A stretch of 64,000 nt of DNA from Geopsychrobacteraceae bacterium. GTDB lineage: Bacteria > Desulfobacterota > Desulfuromonadia > Desulfuromonadales > Geopsychrobacteraceae. Of this stretch, positions 1 through 9,630 are shown piece after piece. Both the position numbers and the translations under genes were made by a program. Every line of letters starts with the position of its first letter. Within the stretch, counting starts at the first letter, position 1. The DNA lies in NCBI GenBank assembly GCA_963662315.1, contig OY759353.1:1344001-1408000 (forward strand). The letters run 5' to 3'. A model generated the notes under the pieces. That model worked only from the letters and a program-made list of their open reading frames with translations. It made no database searches and had not been told where the DNA came from.

Positions 1-654
1 ACTCTCAGTAGCATCTTCACCCGTTTCTGTTTTTTCGATTTCCCGGATTTTCCTTCTAAATTCAAGATTTTCCGGTTCCTTCTCTAACAGCTGACGATAC
101 ATGATAAGAGCTTCTTCATGCATCCCCTGTTTTAAATGGAGTTCTGCTATAGTTGCTGAGATCAGGGGACTTGGCTCTAAATTTGGAGAAACACCGCTAG
201 ATTCATCTGTTTCAGGTGCCTGAACATCATCGATTGTTTCCGGCAATGACAGAATTAATTTGTTAATGACGGGATCGGCAGGGCTATGATCTCGCGCAGT
301 TAGCAAAATTTGACGCGCGTCCTCATAATGTTCCAGAAGAATTTTCACCCTGGCATAGCCCACAAGAGCTGCAAGGCTTTCCGCGTCAAAAGTAAGAGCC
401 TTCTCGAAAGAATCACAGGATAGTTGATAATCGCCTTTTTGACATTGAATCCTGGCCAGGACAACATACCCGGCCGCTAAATCGGGGTGCTTTTCCAGCC
501 CATTAGTCAAAATCTGCAAAGCGTCGTCAAACAACCCCATCTTTCGGTAAATCTCAGCCAACGATACAAATATAGTTGAATTCGGATCCTTAATCAGGAT
601 CTCAGTGTAAGCGGCTACTTTACCTAACAAAGAGGTTTGCTGATCAACAGTCAT
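1..654 (-). CDS. Tetratricopeptide-repeat protein (3' end outside window)
   Basis: Hand translation from ATG 654: MTVDQQTSLLGKVAAYTEILIKDPNSTIFVSLAEIYRKMGLFDDALQILTNGLEKHPD...; open to base 1; TPR-like helical repeats; directly downstream of aroB. Confidence 0.8.
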   Translation of the reverse strand, partial: MTVDQQTSLLGKVAAYTEILIKDPNSTIFVSLAEIYRKMGLFDDALQILTNGLEKHPDLAAGYVVLARIQCQKGDYQLSCDSFEKALTFDAESLAALVGYARVKILLEHYEDARQILLTARDHSPADPVINKLILSLPETIDDVQAPETDESSGVSPNLEPSPLISATIAELHLKQGMHEEALIMYRQLLEKEPENLEFRRKIREIEKTETGEDATES

Positions 655-670
655 AAAGTCCCCTTTCCAT

Positions 671-1750
671 TTATGACAAGATACGATTAAGTTGTTGTGG
701 TAAATCCGTTACCATTTCCATTTGAGCTTGCCCGATGCCAACGTTGAGCACCATTGTAAGCTGCCCTCCCTTGACTTTTTTGTCCCTTTGCATCAACTCA
801 ACATAATCATCAAGTGGATATTGAGGAGGAATAACCGGCAGGTCAAGCGCAATCAACAGGCTAATAATACGCTGAATATCTTCTTCGGAACACAATCCGT
901 TAAGGTGAGATAAACGTGCGGCAACGACCATACCAATAGCTACGGCTTCACCATGTTTAAAGTGCCCGTATCCGGCAAGCTTTTCTACGGCATGGCCGAA
1001 GGTGTGTCCATAATTTAGCAAAGAACGGACCGACCCTTCTTTTTCATCACGAGAGACGATATCAGCCTTTAGCTGGCATGCAGTCTTAATTGCGAAAATA
1101 AGCGCCTGAGGATCCTGTGCCTTCAGTTGTTCTTTATTCTTTTCAAGCCAACAAAAAAAATGGTTATCAAACATAACTCCATATTTAACGACTTCTGCAA
1201 GTCCAGCAGAAACCTCACGAGGAGCCAATGTCTTTAGGGACAAAATATCAATAAGGACTATTTCGGGCTGATAAAAAGCACCGATCAGATTCTTCCCTAA
1301 AGGATGATTAACAGCTGTTTTACCGCCGACAGAACTATCTACCTGCGATAGCAGCGTTGTGGGAACTTGAGCGTAAGGGATACCTCTCAATAAGCAAGCT
1401 GCGGCAAACCCGGCCATATCACCTACAACGCCTCCACCTAGGGCAATAATGCCACAACCGCGGTCAAACTTGTTCTGGATCAGAACATCAAAAATACCAC
1501 ACAAGGACTCGATATTTTTATATTCTTCACCATCAGGCACGTTATAACGAAGCACCTGAAAGCCACTGGCAGTCAACTCAGAAGCTAACCGCTCCCCATA
1601 AAGAGCATCTACAGTTGGATTGGATATAACGGCAACCTTTCCAGGAAATTCAACCTGCCGTAATTCGCTACCCAACGTACCCAGTACACCAGAGCCAATA
1701 ATAATTGGATAGGACCTTTCCCCCAGAGGTACCGTAATAATTTCTGTCAT
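671..1750 (-). CDS. aroB: 3-dehydroquinate synthase
   Basis: GGGVVGD, PTTLLSQVDSSVGGKTAVN, LNYGHTFGHA and HGEAV motifs. Confidence 0.97.
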   Translation of the reverse strand: MTEIITVPLGERSYPIIIGSGVLGTLGSELRQVEFPGKVAVISNPTVDALYGERLASELTASGFQVLRYNVPDGEEYKNIESLCGIFDVLIQNKFDRGCGIIALGGGVVGDMAGFAAACLLRGIPYAQVPTTLLSQVDSSVGGKTAVNHPLGKNLIGAFYQPEIVLIDILSLKTLAPREVSAGLAEVVKYGVMFDNHFFCWLEKNKEQLKAQDPQALIFAIKTACQLKADIVSRDEKEGSVRSLLNYGHTFGHAVEKLAGYGHFKHGEAVAIGMVVAARLSHLNGLCSEEDIQRIISLLIALDLPVIPPQYPLDDYVELMQRDKKVKGGQLTMVLNVGIGQAQMEMVTDLPQQLNRILS

Positions 1751-1768
1751 AGCTATCCTATCAATTTT

Positions 1769-1798
1769 AAAAAAAAAGGGCAGGTCACCCTGCCCTTT
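1769..1798 (-). terminator. Intrinsic terminator after pilQ
   Basis: AAAGGGCAGG-tcac-CCTGCCCTTT stem with A-run on + strand (U-tract on -). Confidence 0.8.
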
Positions 1799-1818
1799 CC
1801 GTAACCAAACAGAATTGT

Positions 1819-3942
1819 TTAATTATCTTTAACAATTCTCGGTGTAATAAAGATCAATAATTCGGCTCGTGAGGTAGACTTGGTATTTGATTTAAAGAGA
1901 TACCCCAGTACCGGAATATCCATCAACCATGGAGTCCCGCTATCCCCCTCTGTCACGTTTTCAACGAAAATACCACCGATGACTGTGGTTTCACCATCGT
2001 GAACAAGAACTTTAGTTTCAGCCTTTTTAGTATCGATACTGGGAGCAGAAGCACCAGTAGTCGTCGAAGGAGAATCATTAGTAGTAAGGACTTCCATGAT
2101 AATAGAATCATCAGGATTAATAACCGGTGTGACTTCAAGCTTCAATTCTGCGCTGACAAATTCAGTTTTGGTACCCTCAGAACTGGTTGTCTCGTAAGGT
2201 ATAGTTGTTCCCTGGCTGATGGTCGCCTTTTCACCATTTAACGTAGTGACCTTAGGAAGAGAAACGATTTTTAACTTCCCGGTGCTCTGCAACGCAGAAA
2301 TTCTCAGATCCAAAACCGTCTTATCAATTCCGATTCGACCGAGAGTAATACCTGCACCCAGACCAGGATCTGACGCAGCAGATCCAGCCCCAGCCGGGAG
2401 ATCTACCAAAAAGTTACCACCTAAACCAATGCCAGCATTCTCTATATATGTACCCTGATTAGTAAAATCCAGCCCCCAGTTTACCCCGAGATCACGGCTA
2501 TATGTCGAGCTGACTTCAACTATACGAGCTTCAATCAGAACCTGTCGCTCCGGAGTATCCAAAATAGCGATCAGTTCTTTGGCCTTTTCAATACGCTGTG
2601 GGATATCAGTAATGATTAGATATTTATTACGTGCGTCTTCAGTAATAGAGCCACGATCACTTAAAATTTCTTTAACCGGACCAGATACGCTCTTGAGATC
2701 AGCATAACTTACGGTGACAACCTCTGTAGCTAATGGCTCGAGTTTTTCCTGTGAACTTTTAGCAGTTAACTCCGCTTCTTTCATGGAACGGATGGTATCT
2801 TTAGGAAGGACACGTACAACATTACCCTCCTGAACCATGCCAAGGCCGGTAACATCAAGAATAAGATCAAGCGCCTGATCCCAGGGAACGTCAATAAGGC
2901 GTAGAGTAACATTACCCTTAACCTCATCTGAGGCGATAATATTGAGATCACTAATTTCAGCAATAAGCCTCAGGATATCACGAATATCGGCACTATCGAA
3001 AACAAGTGAAGTTTTTTCGCCAGTATACTGTTTAGCGCTAGTGCCTGAATTACTGATAACCACAGGACCGGCAACCTGAGCGCCAGACATTCCAGATTGG
3101 GATGGCACTGCCACGGGAACATTTTCGACCGGGATCGAATCTCCTACAACAGAGATTGGCATCGTTCCGGTAATGGCAGGAGCCGCTTTCGCGAATTCAC
3201 CATCGACAACCGAAAAGACAAATCCTGCGGCAGATTTATTCAACTCATATGCCTGTTCCCCTTTCAGGAGGACAACGAATTTAACAACTGGACTGCCACC
3301 GGCATTAATCTGATAAGGGGTCACTGAATAAATAGCGCTGGGGAACGACAAAGTGTCAAATTCACGTCTTAATGCTCGGGGCAAAATGGCGTTCTTTACA
3401 GAGAACTGAACCTTACGACCATCCTGAATAGGTGTCGTTACAGTAGCATTACCATCAACAGTAATGTTTAATAATGACTTACCACTATCGGAGCTAAAAT
3501 CTATGGCGGAAATCTTAGCTTCCCCTTGTACTTCCGGCTCTGTCATTGCATCAAGTGCTGTTTGTTCAGAACGCTCCCAGGTAACAGACACCTGCCCTGG
3601 CAGAATATCCACATTAAAGACCGGAAAGTTGCTCCCTTCAACATCAAAAACAAAGCGGGTACGGCTATCAAGCGGGCCACTGCGCAATAATTTAAACCCG
3701 TCCGTTAAAAAATCTGTACGCGAATGTTTTCCAGGAGCAACTCCATACAGATCGACAACGAGTCGCTTAGGGGAATCGAGGGTAAAATACTTGACCTGGT
3801 CAATACCAGCGGTTGCTGACAGCACAACCTTTTTCATAGAAACATCTACTAGCGAAAAAGAATCCGCAGCAAATGAATGTGTAACCAGTGCAACCGAAAA
3901 TAACATCATTAATAAACTGAGGAGCACCGCGTTTCTTCTCAT
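1819..3942 (-). CDS. pilQ: Type IV pilus secretin with N-terminal AMIN-like domains
   Basis: Signal peptide, VPWDQALDLIL, QVLIEARIVE, ELLIFITPRIV; ATG 3942 follows an AGGGG RBS. Confidence 0.96.
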   Translation of the reverse strand: MRRNAVLLSLLMMLFSVALVTHSFAADSFSLVDVSMKKVVLSATAGIDQVKYFTLDSPKRLVVDLYGVAPGKHSRTDFLTDGFKLLRSGPLDSRTRFVFDVEGSNFPVFNVDILPGQVSVTWERSEQTALDAMTEPEVQGEAKISAIDFSSDSGKSLLNITVDGNATVTTPIQDGRKVQFSVKNAILPRALRREFDTLSFPSAIYSVTPYQINAGGSPVVKFVVLLKGEQAYELNKSAAGFVFSVVDGEFAKAAPAITGTMPISVVGDSIPVENVPVAVPSQSGMSGAQVAGPVVISNSGTSAKQYTGEKTSLVFDSADIRDILRLIAEISDLNIIASDEVKGNVTLRLIDVPWDQALDLILDVTGLGMVQEGNVVRVLPKDTIRSMKEAELTAKSSQEKLEPLATEVVTVSYADLKSVSGPVKEILSDRGSITEDARNKYLIITDIPQRIEKAKELIAILDTPERQVLIEARIVEVSSTYSRDLGVNWGLDFTNQGTYIENAGIGLGGNFLVDLPAGAGSAASDPGLGAGITLGRIGIDKTVLDLRISALQSTGKLKIVSLPKVTTLNGEKATISQGTTIPYETTSSEGTKTEFVSAELKLEVTPVINPDDSIIMEVLTTNDSPSTTTGASAPSIDTKKAETKVLVHDGETTVIGGIFVENVTEGDSGTPWLMDIPVLGYLFKSNTKSTSRAELLIFITPRIVKDN

Positions 3943-3997
3943 ATCATTTCCCCTAAAAGTCAATCGTGTATCTCAAACCAGCGAAAATTAAGTAGCT

Positions 3998-4543
3998 CTA
4001 CATTACAATATAACGATAGTCTATAACTTCTTTGCCAGTCATATTATCCTGCCCGGCTTCCTCGACAACAATGCGATCAGGACTCTTTTCTATACGCATT
4101 CCATTCTGATCAATATCGATAATTTTTGTTTGAATATCTTTAACAATTCCGCCATTCATACCAATAAAATCATCAACTTTGACTGTGTAACTTTTGCCGT
4201 CTGGAGCCTTAACCATGGCGTGCGGGATCCCACGTACAACCATAATAGCAAGCAACCTGAATTGTTTCAGTTCAAACTTTTCAAGAGGGCCTTTCAAACT
4301 TTCAGGTCTGACCTTTTTTACAACTTCAGCAACAATAGGTTCCTTGGTGACCAAGGGTTCAAACGGGTCGCGTCGTCCTTGCGGACTGTAAACAAAAGTG
4401 TCCTTTGCTATGGTAATTGAACGATCAGCGACCGTCCCGATCACAGGTTCACTAATCGGATCCGCAGCAACAAGAGGGCCCGTTAATCCAAAGACCAGAA
4501 AAACAGTAAAGTAAAAGCAGATTCTCAGAAAATGTGATTTCAT
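3998..4543 (-). CDS. pilP: Type IV pilus assembly protein PilP
   Basis: YSPQGRRDPF and PLEKFEL motifs; position between pilO and pilQ. Confidence 0.9.
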   Translation of the reverse strand: MKSHFLRICFYFTVFLVFGLTGPLVAADPISEPVIGTVADRSITIAKDTFVYSPQGRRDPFEPLVTKEPIVAEVVKKVRPESLKGPLEKFELKQFRLLAIMVVRGIPHAMVKAPDGKSYTVKVDDFIGMNGGIVKDIQTKIIDIDQNGMRIEKSPDRIVVEEAGQDNMTGKEVIDYRYIVM

Positions 4544-5157
4544 TATTTCTTACCACCTTTCTTCTGCTTATCAGGAGCTGCCGCGGGCGGAGTATCAACA
4601 AAACGGAACGTAACAGCCCGGCAGTCAATGGAGAGAGTTGTTTTGCCGTTATCATCCTTAGGAGACCCTAAGGATAGGCCTTGGATATTGACAATCCGCT
4701 CCATCTTGCTGACTGAATCGAAAAAAGCTCCAGCTTGATGATAGGAGCCAGAAAGTTTAAGCTCAACAGGCACTTCAGCGTAAAAATCTTTGGAAATTTC
4801 TGAGGTCGGTTTAAAACGTACAATTTCCAACCCTTTTTGTCTGGCAAGGTTGGCAATTCCAGTAAGCAGGTTCGGAATTTCACGCTCAAGGGGCAACTCG
4901 CCCAAAGCTTCTTCAAGACGTACCTGCATTTTTTCATACTCAGCCTTATAAACTTCGAGATTGTTAGCAATTTTTTGATTCTTAGCCAACAATGCCTGAG
5001 CACTTTGTTTCCTAGAAAGCAACCCCTCATATTCTTCAAGCTGCCCCTGATAAACACCAAAATAAAACCCGCAACTGATCAGCCCCATAATAACCAGAAT
5101 AATGAGAAAACGCTGATAGGCTGGTAGATTTATTATCTTCTCAACTCTTGCATCCAT
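4543..5157 (-). CDS. pilO: Type IV pilus assembly protein PilO
   Basis: TM, coiled coil, LPLEREIPNLL, FYAEVPVELKLSGSYH. Confidence 0.93.
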   Translation of the reverse strand: MDARVEKIINLPAYQRFLIILVIMGLISCGFYFGVYQGQLEEYEGLLSRKQSAQALLAKNQKIANNLEVYKAEYEKMQVRLEEALGELPLEREIPNLLTGIANLARQKGLEIVRFKPTSEISKDFYAEVPVELKLSGSYHQAGAFFDSVSKMERIVNIQGLSLGSPKDDNGKTTLSIDCRAVTFRFVDTPPAAAPDKQKKGGKK

Positions 5158-5170
5158 TTAAACGCCCCAC

Positions 5171-5722
5171 CTATTTCGTTGAAGGTGACTCAGAGTTGCA
5201 ATCAAGGGTAAACTTCTGCATCTTCTTGTCACCAACTTTAGTCTGTTCAGTTACCGAAAGTTCGATCTGTTGATAATACGGTGAAGCATCAAGACTCTTC
5301 ATAAACAGAGCAACTGTTTTTTCTGTATCGGCGATACCAGACAAGGAAATCCGCCCACCCGATTCTTTAAAACTAGTCAACCAGAGATTATCCGGTAAGG
5401 AGGAACTTAACTCGTCAAGCAAATGAACCGGCCCTGACTTATTCTCCTTCAGACTGGCAAGAACGGCCAATTTCTTTTCAAGATCGGCCTTCTTCTGTTC
5501 AAAATCTTTAACTTGGCCAATCTTTTTTTGTAAAGCGCGGTTTTGTGTATCGATCTGAGCTATATCTTCCTTAACGCTGGCAATGGCTGAACTTTTCTGG
5601 AAATATAATGTCCCACAGGCAATCACTACAAGAATGAGACACAAGAAGAGCACAGATATCTGTGCGCGTAAACGTTCTTTTTTTTGAGCAGCCCGGACCG
5701 GTAACAGATTAATTTTTATCAT
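5171..5722 (-). CDS. pilN: Type IV pilus assembly protein PilN
   Basis: MIKINLLP N-terminal motif, TM, LPDNLWLT. Confidence 0.94.
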   Translation of the reverse strand: MIKINLLPVRAAQKKERLRAQISVLFLCLILVVIACGTLYFQKSSAIASVKEDIAQIDTQNRALQKKIGQVKDFEQKKADLEKKLAVLASLKENKSGPVHLLDELSSSLPDNLWLTSFKESGGRISLSGIADTEKTVALFMKSLDASPYYQQIELSVTEQTKVGDKKMQKFTLDCNSESPSTK

Positions 5723-6777
5723 TTGTCACCCACCTTCCTCATGGCTAATCCAGTGGCCACAGATAACATCGGCCCAACTGCGGCAAGATATTCAGAATCA
5801 AATTCTTTTGGGTTCACACTGACATTACGGAAGGGATTGACCACTTCGTTGGGGATTTCAAGACGCTTTTCAAGTTGCTGACGCAGTTTCTCGGAATTCG
5901 ACGTTCCACCAGTCAAGTATACTTTGGAAATTTTATCCTGATTGGAAGTCGCAGCAAAAAAATCAAGGGAGCGCTGAACTTCCTGAACCAGGTTCTCGAA
6001 AGCATCCTCTAGAATATCATCAATCGTTTCTGCATCTAACGCCTCAAATTCACGGAAACCAAGCTTTGCTTGTTCGGCCTCTTCACTGCTGATACCAAGG
6101 CGCTTCTGTAGCTCCTGGTTAACCAGAGCCCCCCCGGCCTGTAAATCGCGAGTAAAAACCGACACATTCCCCTGCAACACATTAACGCTGGTTGCAGTAG
6201 CACCAATATCAATCAGGGCAACGGTCTCACCTTCGACAAATCCGTAATTAAAATCGAACATGTTTTCAACAGCAAAACAATCGATATCCATAACGACCGG
6301 CTCCAGGCCAGCATCGGCAAACACAGCAGTATAATCGTCAACAAAATCTTTTTTAGCTGCAACCAACATAACATTCATTTGTGACGGATCTTTGTCATCG
6401 GGTCCCAGAATCTGGAAATCGATATTGACCTCGGCTATATCAAAGGGGATATATTGCTCAGCTTCCCACTGAATAGACATTTCCAGTTCGGACTCAGACA
6501 TTAAAGGCAAAGAAATTTTGCGAATAATCACAGAATGCCCGGATACTGATGTTGCAACCTTTTTAGTTTTGACCTTCATCGACGAAAGCAGATTCTGGAT
6601 AACCGAAACCACCATACTGGCATCCATAATGGTGTTATCAACAATGGTCTCTGAAGGAAGGGGCATAATGCCGATATTAACGAGATGAAATGATCCGCGT
6701 GAAGGGCGCAAACGTACTATCTTGACTGCGCTTGAACCGATATCGATCCCGACAATGTCTTTTTTGGAGGCAAACAT
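5719..6777 (-). CDS. pilM: Type IV pilus assembly protein PilM
   Basis: GIDIGSSAVK actin-like start, WEAEQYIPF, ATGLAMR. Confidence 0.96.
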   Translation of the reverse strand: MFASKKDIVGIDIGSSAVKIVRLRPSRGSFHLVNIGIMPLPSETIVDNTIMDASMVVSVIQNLLSSMKVKTKKVATSVSGHSVIIRKISLPLMSESELEMSIQWEAEQYIPFDIAEVNIDFQILGPDDKDPSQMNVMLVAAKKDFVDDYTAVFADAGLEPVVMDIDCFAVENMFDFNYGFVEGETVALIDIGATATSVNVLQGNVSVFTRDLQAGGALVNQELQKRLGISSEEAEQAKLGFREFEALDAETIDDILEDAFENLVQEVQRSLDFFAATSNQDKISKVYLTGGTSNSEKLRQQLEKRLEIPNEVVNPFRNVSVNPKEFDSEYLAAVGPMLSVATGLAMRKVGDK

Positions 6778-6856
6778 GTCTTATCCAGTCCGAAAAGAAA
6801 AAACAGTTTCAATTAAATAGAGAGGAGAGCGTACTCAGTAGAAAAGTTTCGCGGAC

Positions 6857-7057
6857 TCACCCCTCCGGAAAAACTCTGACCTTGTCTGATATTTTAAGTC
6901 CCAAGGCCAGTATGATCTTACGCATTGTTTCCATACGACAGGGATAACCACGCTCTATACGTGTGATCGTCAAGGGAGACACATCAGCCTTCCTTGCCAG
7001 CTCAGCTTTACTCATAAGTAAAGACTCGCGAATATCCCTGACATGATTCTTTTGCAT
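6857..7057 (-). CDS. Small XRE-family helix-turn-helix protein
   Basis: SKAELARKADVSPLTITRIERG HTH; directly upstream of pilM. Confidence 0.85.
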   Translation of the reverse strand: MQKNHVRDIRESLLMSKAELARKADVSPLTITRIERGYPCRMETMRKIILALGLKISDKVRVFPEG

Positions 7058-7099
7058 TCAAGAGACCTCGTCATGCATTAATTTTTAAAATTATGCATA

Positions 7100-7127
7100 A
7101 TTATAGGTCAACCCAATCCATTGTCAA
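7100..7127 (-). promoter_or_regulatory. Sigma70-type promoter for HTH-pilMNOPQ
   Basis: Minus strand reads TTGACA-N16-TATAAT (both hexamers perfect). Confidence 0.75.
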
Positions 7128-7190
7128 GATTATTAAGACAATACCAATAAATCAGAACTAAAAAAAGACAATTATGTTAGTTCTTTCGAA

Positions 7191-7967
7191 TTAAACGAAC
7201 AAATGCAGGTACCAATAAATGATTTGCTGCCCCCAAAACAGATAGATCAACGCGCCCCCCGCTAAAAACGGCCCGAAGGGGATCGCCAGACGGCTATCTT
7301 TTTTGTGAATTATCATAACCGGAATACCGACGAGGGTTCCCGCCAATGACGCAATAAACACAACTGGCAAGATCGCTTTCCACCCAAGAAAAGCTCCCAG
7401 CATAGCGAGCAGTTTGATATCTCCGCCCCCCATCCCTTCCCGCTTAGCAAGCAGTTCATAAAGCCAGGCAACCGCAAAAAGAAGCCCACCGCCGAGTAAA
7501 ACTCCCAAGAGAGAATCAACCCAGGAGAGCCAGGGAATGAAAAATGAGCAGGCAAATCCGACGAGTATACCCGGTAGACTAATGACATCGGGAATGATCT
7601 GGTGATCGAGATCAATAAATGTAATGACGATTAAAACGGCAGCAAACAACCAGTAAACCGGGGTCGCTGGTGAATAGCCAAAGCAGTAATAAAGCAGAGC
7701 AAACATTAAGCCAGTCAGTGTCTCTATGGCGGGATAACGTAATGATATTTTCAATTTACACGAAGAACATTTTCCTCCCAAAAACACATAGCTTAAAATT
7801 GGGATATTTTCGTACCAGCGAATTTTGTGGTTGCAGGCTGGACATGATGACGGTGGGGATACGATTGATTTGCCTGCAGGGATGCGGTAAATGCAAACAT
7901 TGAGGAAGGAACCAATAATGGCGCCAAGAATAAAAGCAAACAACATAAAGAGAACAATAGGATTCAT
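7191..7967 (-). CDS. pilD: Prepilin peptidase / N-methyltransferase
   Basis: GSFLNVCIYRIP, two CxxC pairs, GMGGGDIKL, IPFGPFL. Confidence 0.97.
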   Translation of the reverse strand: MNPIVLFMLFAFILGAIIGSFLNVCIYRIPAGKSIVSPPSSCPACNHKIRWYENIPILSYVFLGGKCSSCKLKISLRYPAIETLTGLMFALLYYCFGYSPATPVYWLFAAVLIVITFIDLDHQIIPDVISLPGILVGFACSFFIPWLSWVDSLLGVLLGGGLLFAVAWLYELLAKREGMGGGDIKLLAMLGAFLGWKAILPVVFIASLAGTLVGIPVMIIHKKDSRLAIPFGPFLAGGALIYLFWGQQIIYWYLHLFV

Positions 7968-8818
7968 TTTTTAATTTTTGCTGCGCCAAGGTCAGAGGTT
8001 GTCTTAATCTGATGAGAGTCATCAATATAAAAATCGCCGCCAAATGGATCAACAGGTAAATGTGAAAGATATCCTTTTTTAACCAGTAAATCCAAAGTCA
8101 TGGGATAATAACCATTCTGCTGATAAAATCGATCACGTAATTGTTCGATATAATAAAGCTTTTGCAATAATTCCAAACGCATTTCGTAAGATTTATTCAA
8201 GGCAGAATTTTTGTTTTCTGAGATTAACGACTTAAGAAAGACAATGGCATTTTCAGTTCGATTACCCTGGTAGAGTAGCCTTGAAGCAAAAGATGCGAGC
8301 AAAGTATTACGCGTATCCCTACGGTATGATTCCTGCAACGATTTTGCTGCATTTAAATTATCACTTTTCTGAAAATAGTAGAGCCACCCTTCCAAAAAAG
8401 GAAAATACCATTCATCCGGGAGCGAAGAAGTTGCTTTCTGCAACAGCAATAAATTACGGTCAACAAATGATGGCTTTATCGACAAGATTGTAGATCCAAA
8501 ATAGTAATTGTCATAAAATTGGTCATCTAAGTCTGAAATTATAAAAACCCTATCAGAAAACCAAGCCCACTCAGAGTCTGAAAGTTCGATCGTCCGACTT
8601 TCCCCTTCCAGAGATTTTCCAACAAATGCTCTCAAATTCAGAAACATAATATCAGAGTAAAGAGAAGAAAATTCAAGAGACCCAATTTTTAAAATACTGG
8701 CTGGCATATTATAAAGAATCGCACCTTCACTTTCCTTAAGATGCGAGTCAACAACACTTAAGGAAAACATTTGAAAAGCAAATGCGATTAATGCGATGAC
8801 AATCCCTCCCCGAAACAT
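7964..8818 (-). CDS. Pilin-associated TPR-like membrane protein (XapA/PilG-like)
   Basis: ATG 8818 overlaps the upstream stop; N-terminal TM, helical repeats, pseudopilin-like C-terminus (LVKKGYLSHLPVDPFGG); lies between the ABC genes and pilD. Confidence 0.65.
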   Translation of the reverse strand: MFRGGIVIALIAFAFQMFSLSVVDSHLKESEGAILYNMPASILKIGSLEFSSLYSDIMFLNLRAFVGKSLEGESRTIELSDSEWAWFSDRVFIISDLDDQFYDNYYFGSTILSIKPSFVDRNLLLLQKATSSLPDEWYFPFLEGWLYYFQKSDNLNAAKSLQESYRRDTRNTLLASFASRLLYQGNRTENAIVFLKSLISENKNSALNKSYEMRLELLQKLYYIEQLRDRFYQQNGYYPMTLDLLVKKGYLSHLPVDPFGGDFYIDDSHQIKTTSDLGAAKIKK

Positions 8819-9630
8819 CAAAAAAACTGCCTCCGAGAAAAAGCATAAGAAGAAATGGTAATTAAAAATACAGAGTATGAGACGAAATACAGCGTCAAAC
8901 AAATATAGTCAGAAATTCCGAGAAACAAACCATATGCTGCGTAATGCTTTAAATCAAAAATCGAAAAATTAGGAAAAAGGTAAAACAGGACGTCAAACGA
9001 ATAGTTCAAAACGGACGAAGACGCTCCTCCAATAGCATCAGGAGCAGCAATCAAGTCCCTCACATTCCTAAGAGAGATACCAATAACATAAGTTAAAAAA
9101 GACATCGCCAAAGACAGAAACGAAGAAGTTGTGAATGTAGCGTATAAAATAACGACTGAGGTTATCAACAGTGACTTTAAATAGATAAAGACGATCGCTA
9201 GCAGGTATGAAGCAAGGGAAAAATTTAAAAAATAGTTTGGCAGCAGGAATTTTGTTACCAATACTGAGCCTCCGCCTAAAAGAGACAAAAGAAAGGTGCA
9301 AAACAACAGAAGAAGGCCGAGTCCAAAATATTTTCCTAGCACATACTGATAAGAGCTGATCGGTTTTGATAAGACGACATAAATAGTCCGCTTATCGATA
9401 TCTTTTGCGACCAGACCTACGCCAACAAAAATGGCAACAAACACAGAAACCACAGAAATGACAGCCAAAGACAGATCCACTGCAGCTTTATTGATGTCGT
9501 GCATCATCATTCCTGACATGACTATCGTCGCCAGAAAAAGCAACAAAGCAACCAGAAAAACAGCATACAGCACCCGACTCCGCATCCCCTCCTTAAAGGT
9601 CACCTGCATAATGGCAGCAATTGCATTCAT
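8818..9630 (-). CDS. ABC-2 type permease (PilI/XapB-like)
   Basis: Multi-TM protein; DIDKRTIYVVLSKPIS...YVLGKY motif. Confidence 0.85.
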   Translation of the reverse strand: MNAIAAIMQVTFKEGMRSRVLYAVFLVALLLFLATIVMSGMMMHDINKAAVDLSLAVISVVSVFVAIFVGVGLVAKDIDKRTIYVVLSKPISSYQYVLGKYFGLGLLLLFCTFLLSLLGGGSVLVTKFLLPNYFLNFSLASYLLAIVFIYLKSLLITSVVILYATFTTSSFLSLAMSFLTYVIGISLRNVRDLIAAPDAIGGASSSVLNYSFDVLFYLFPNFSIFDLKHYAAYGLFLGISDYICLTLYFVSYSVFLITISSYAFSRRQFF

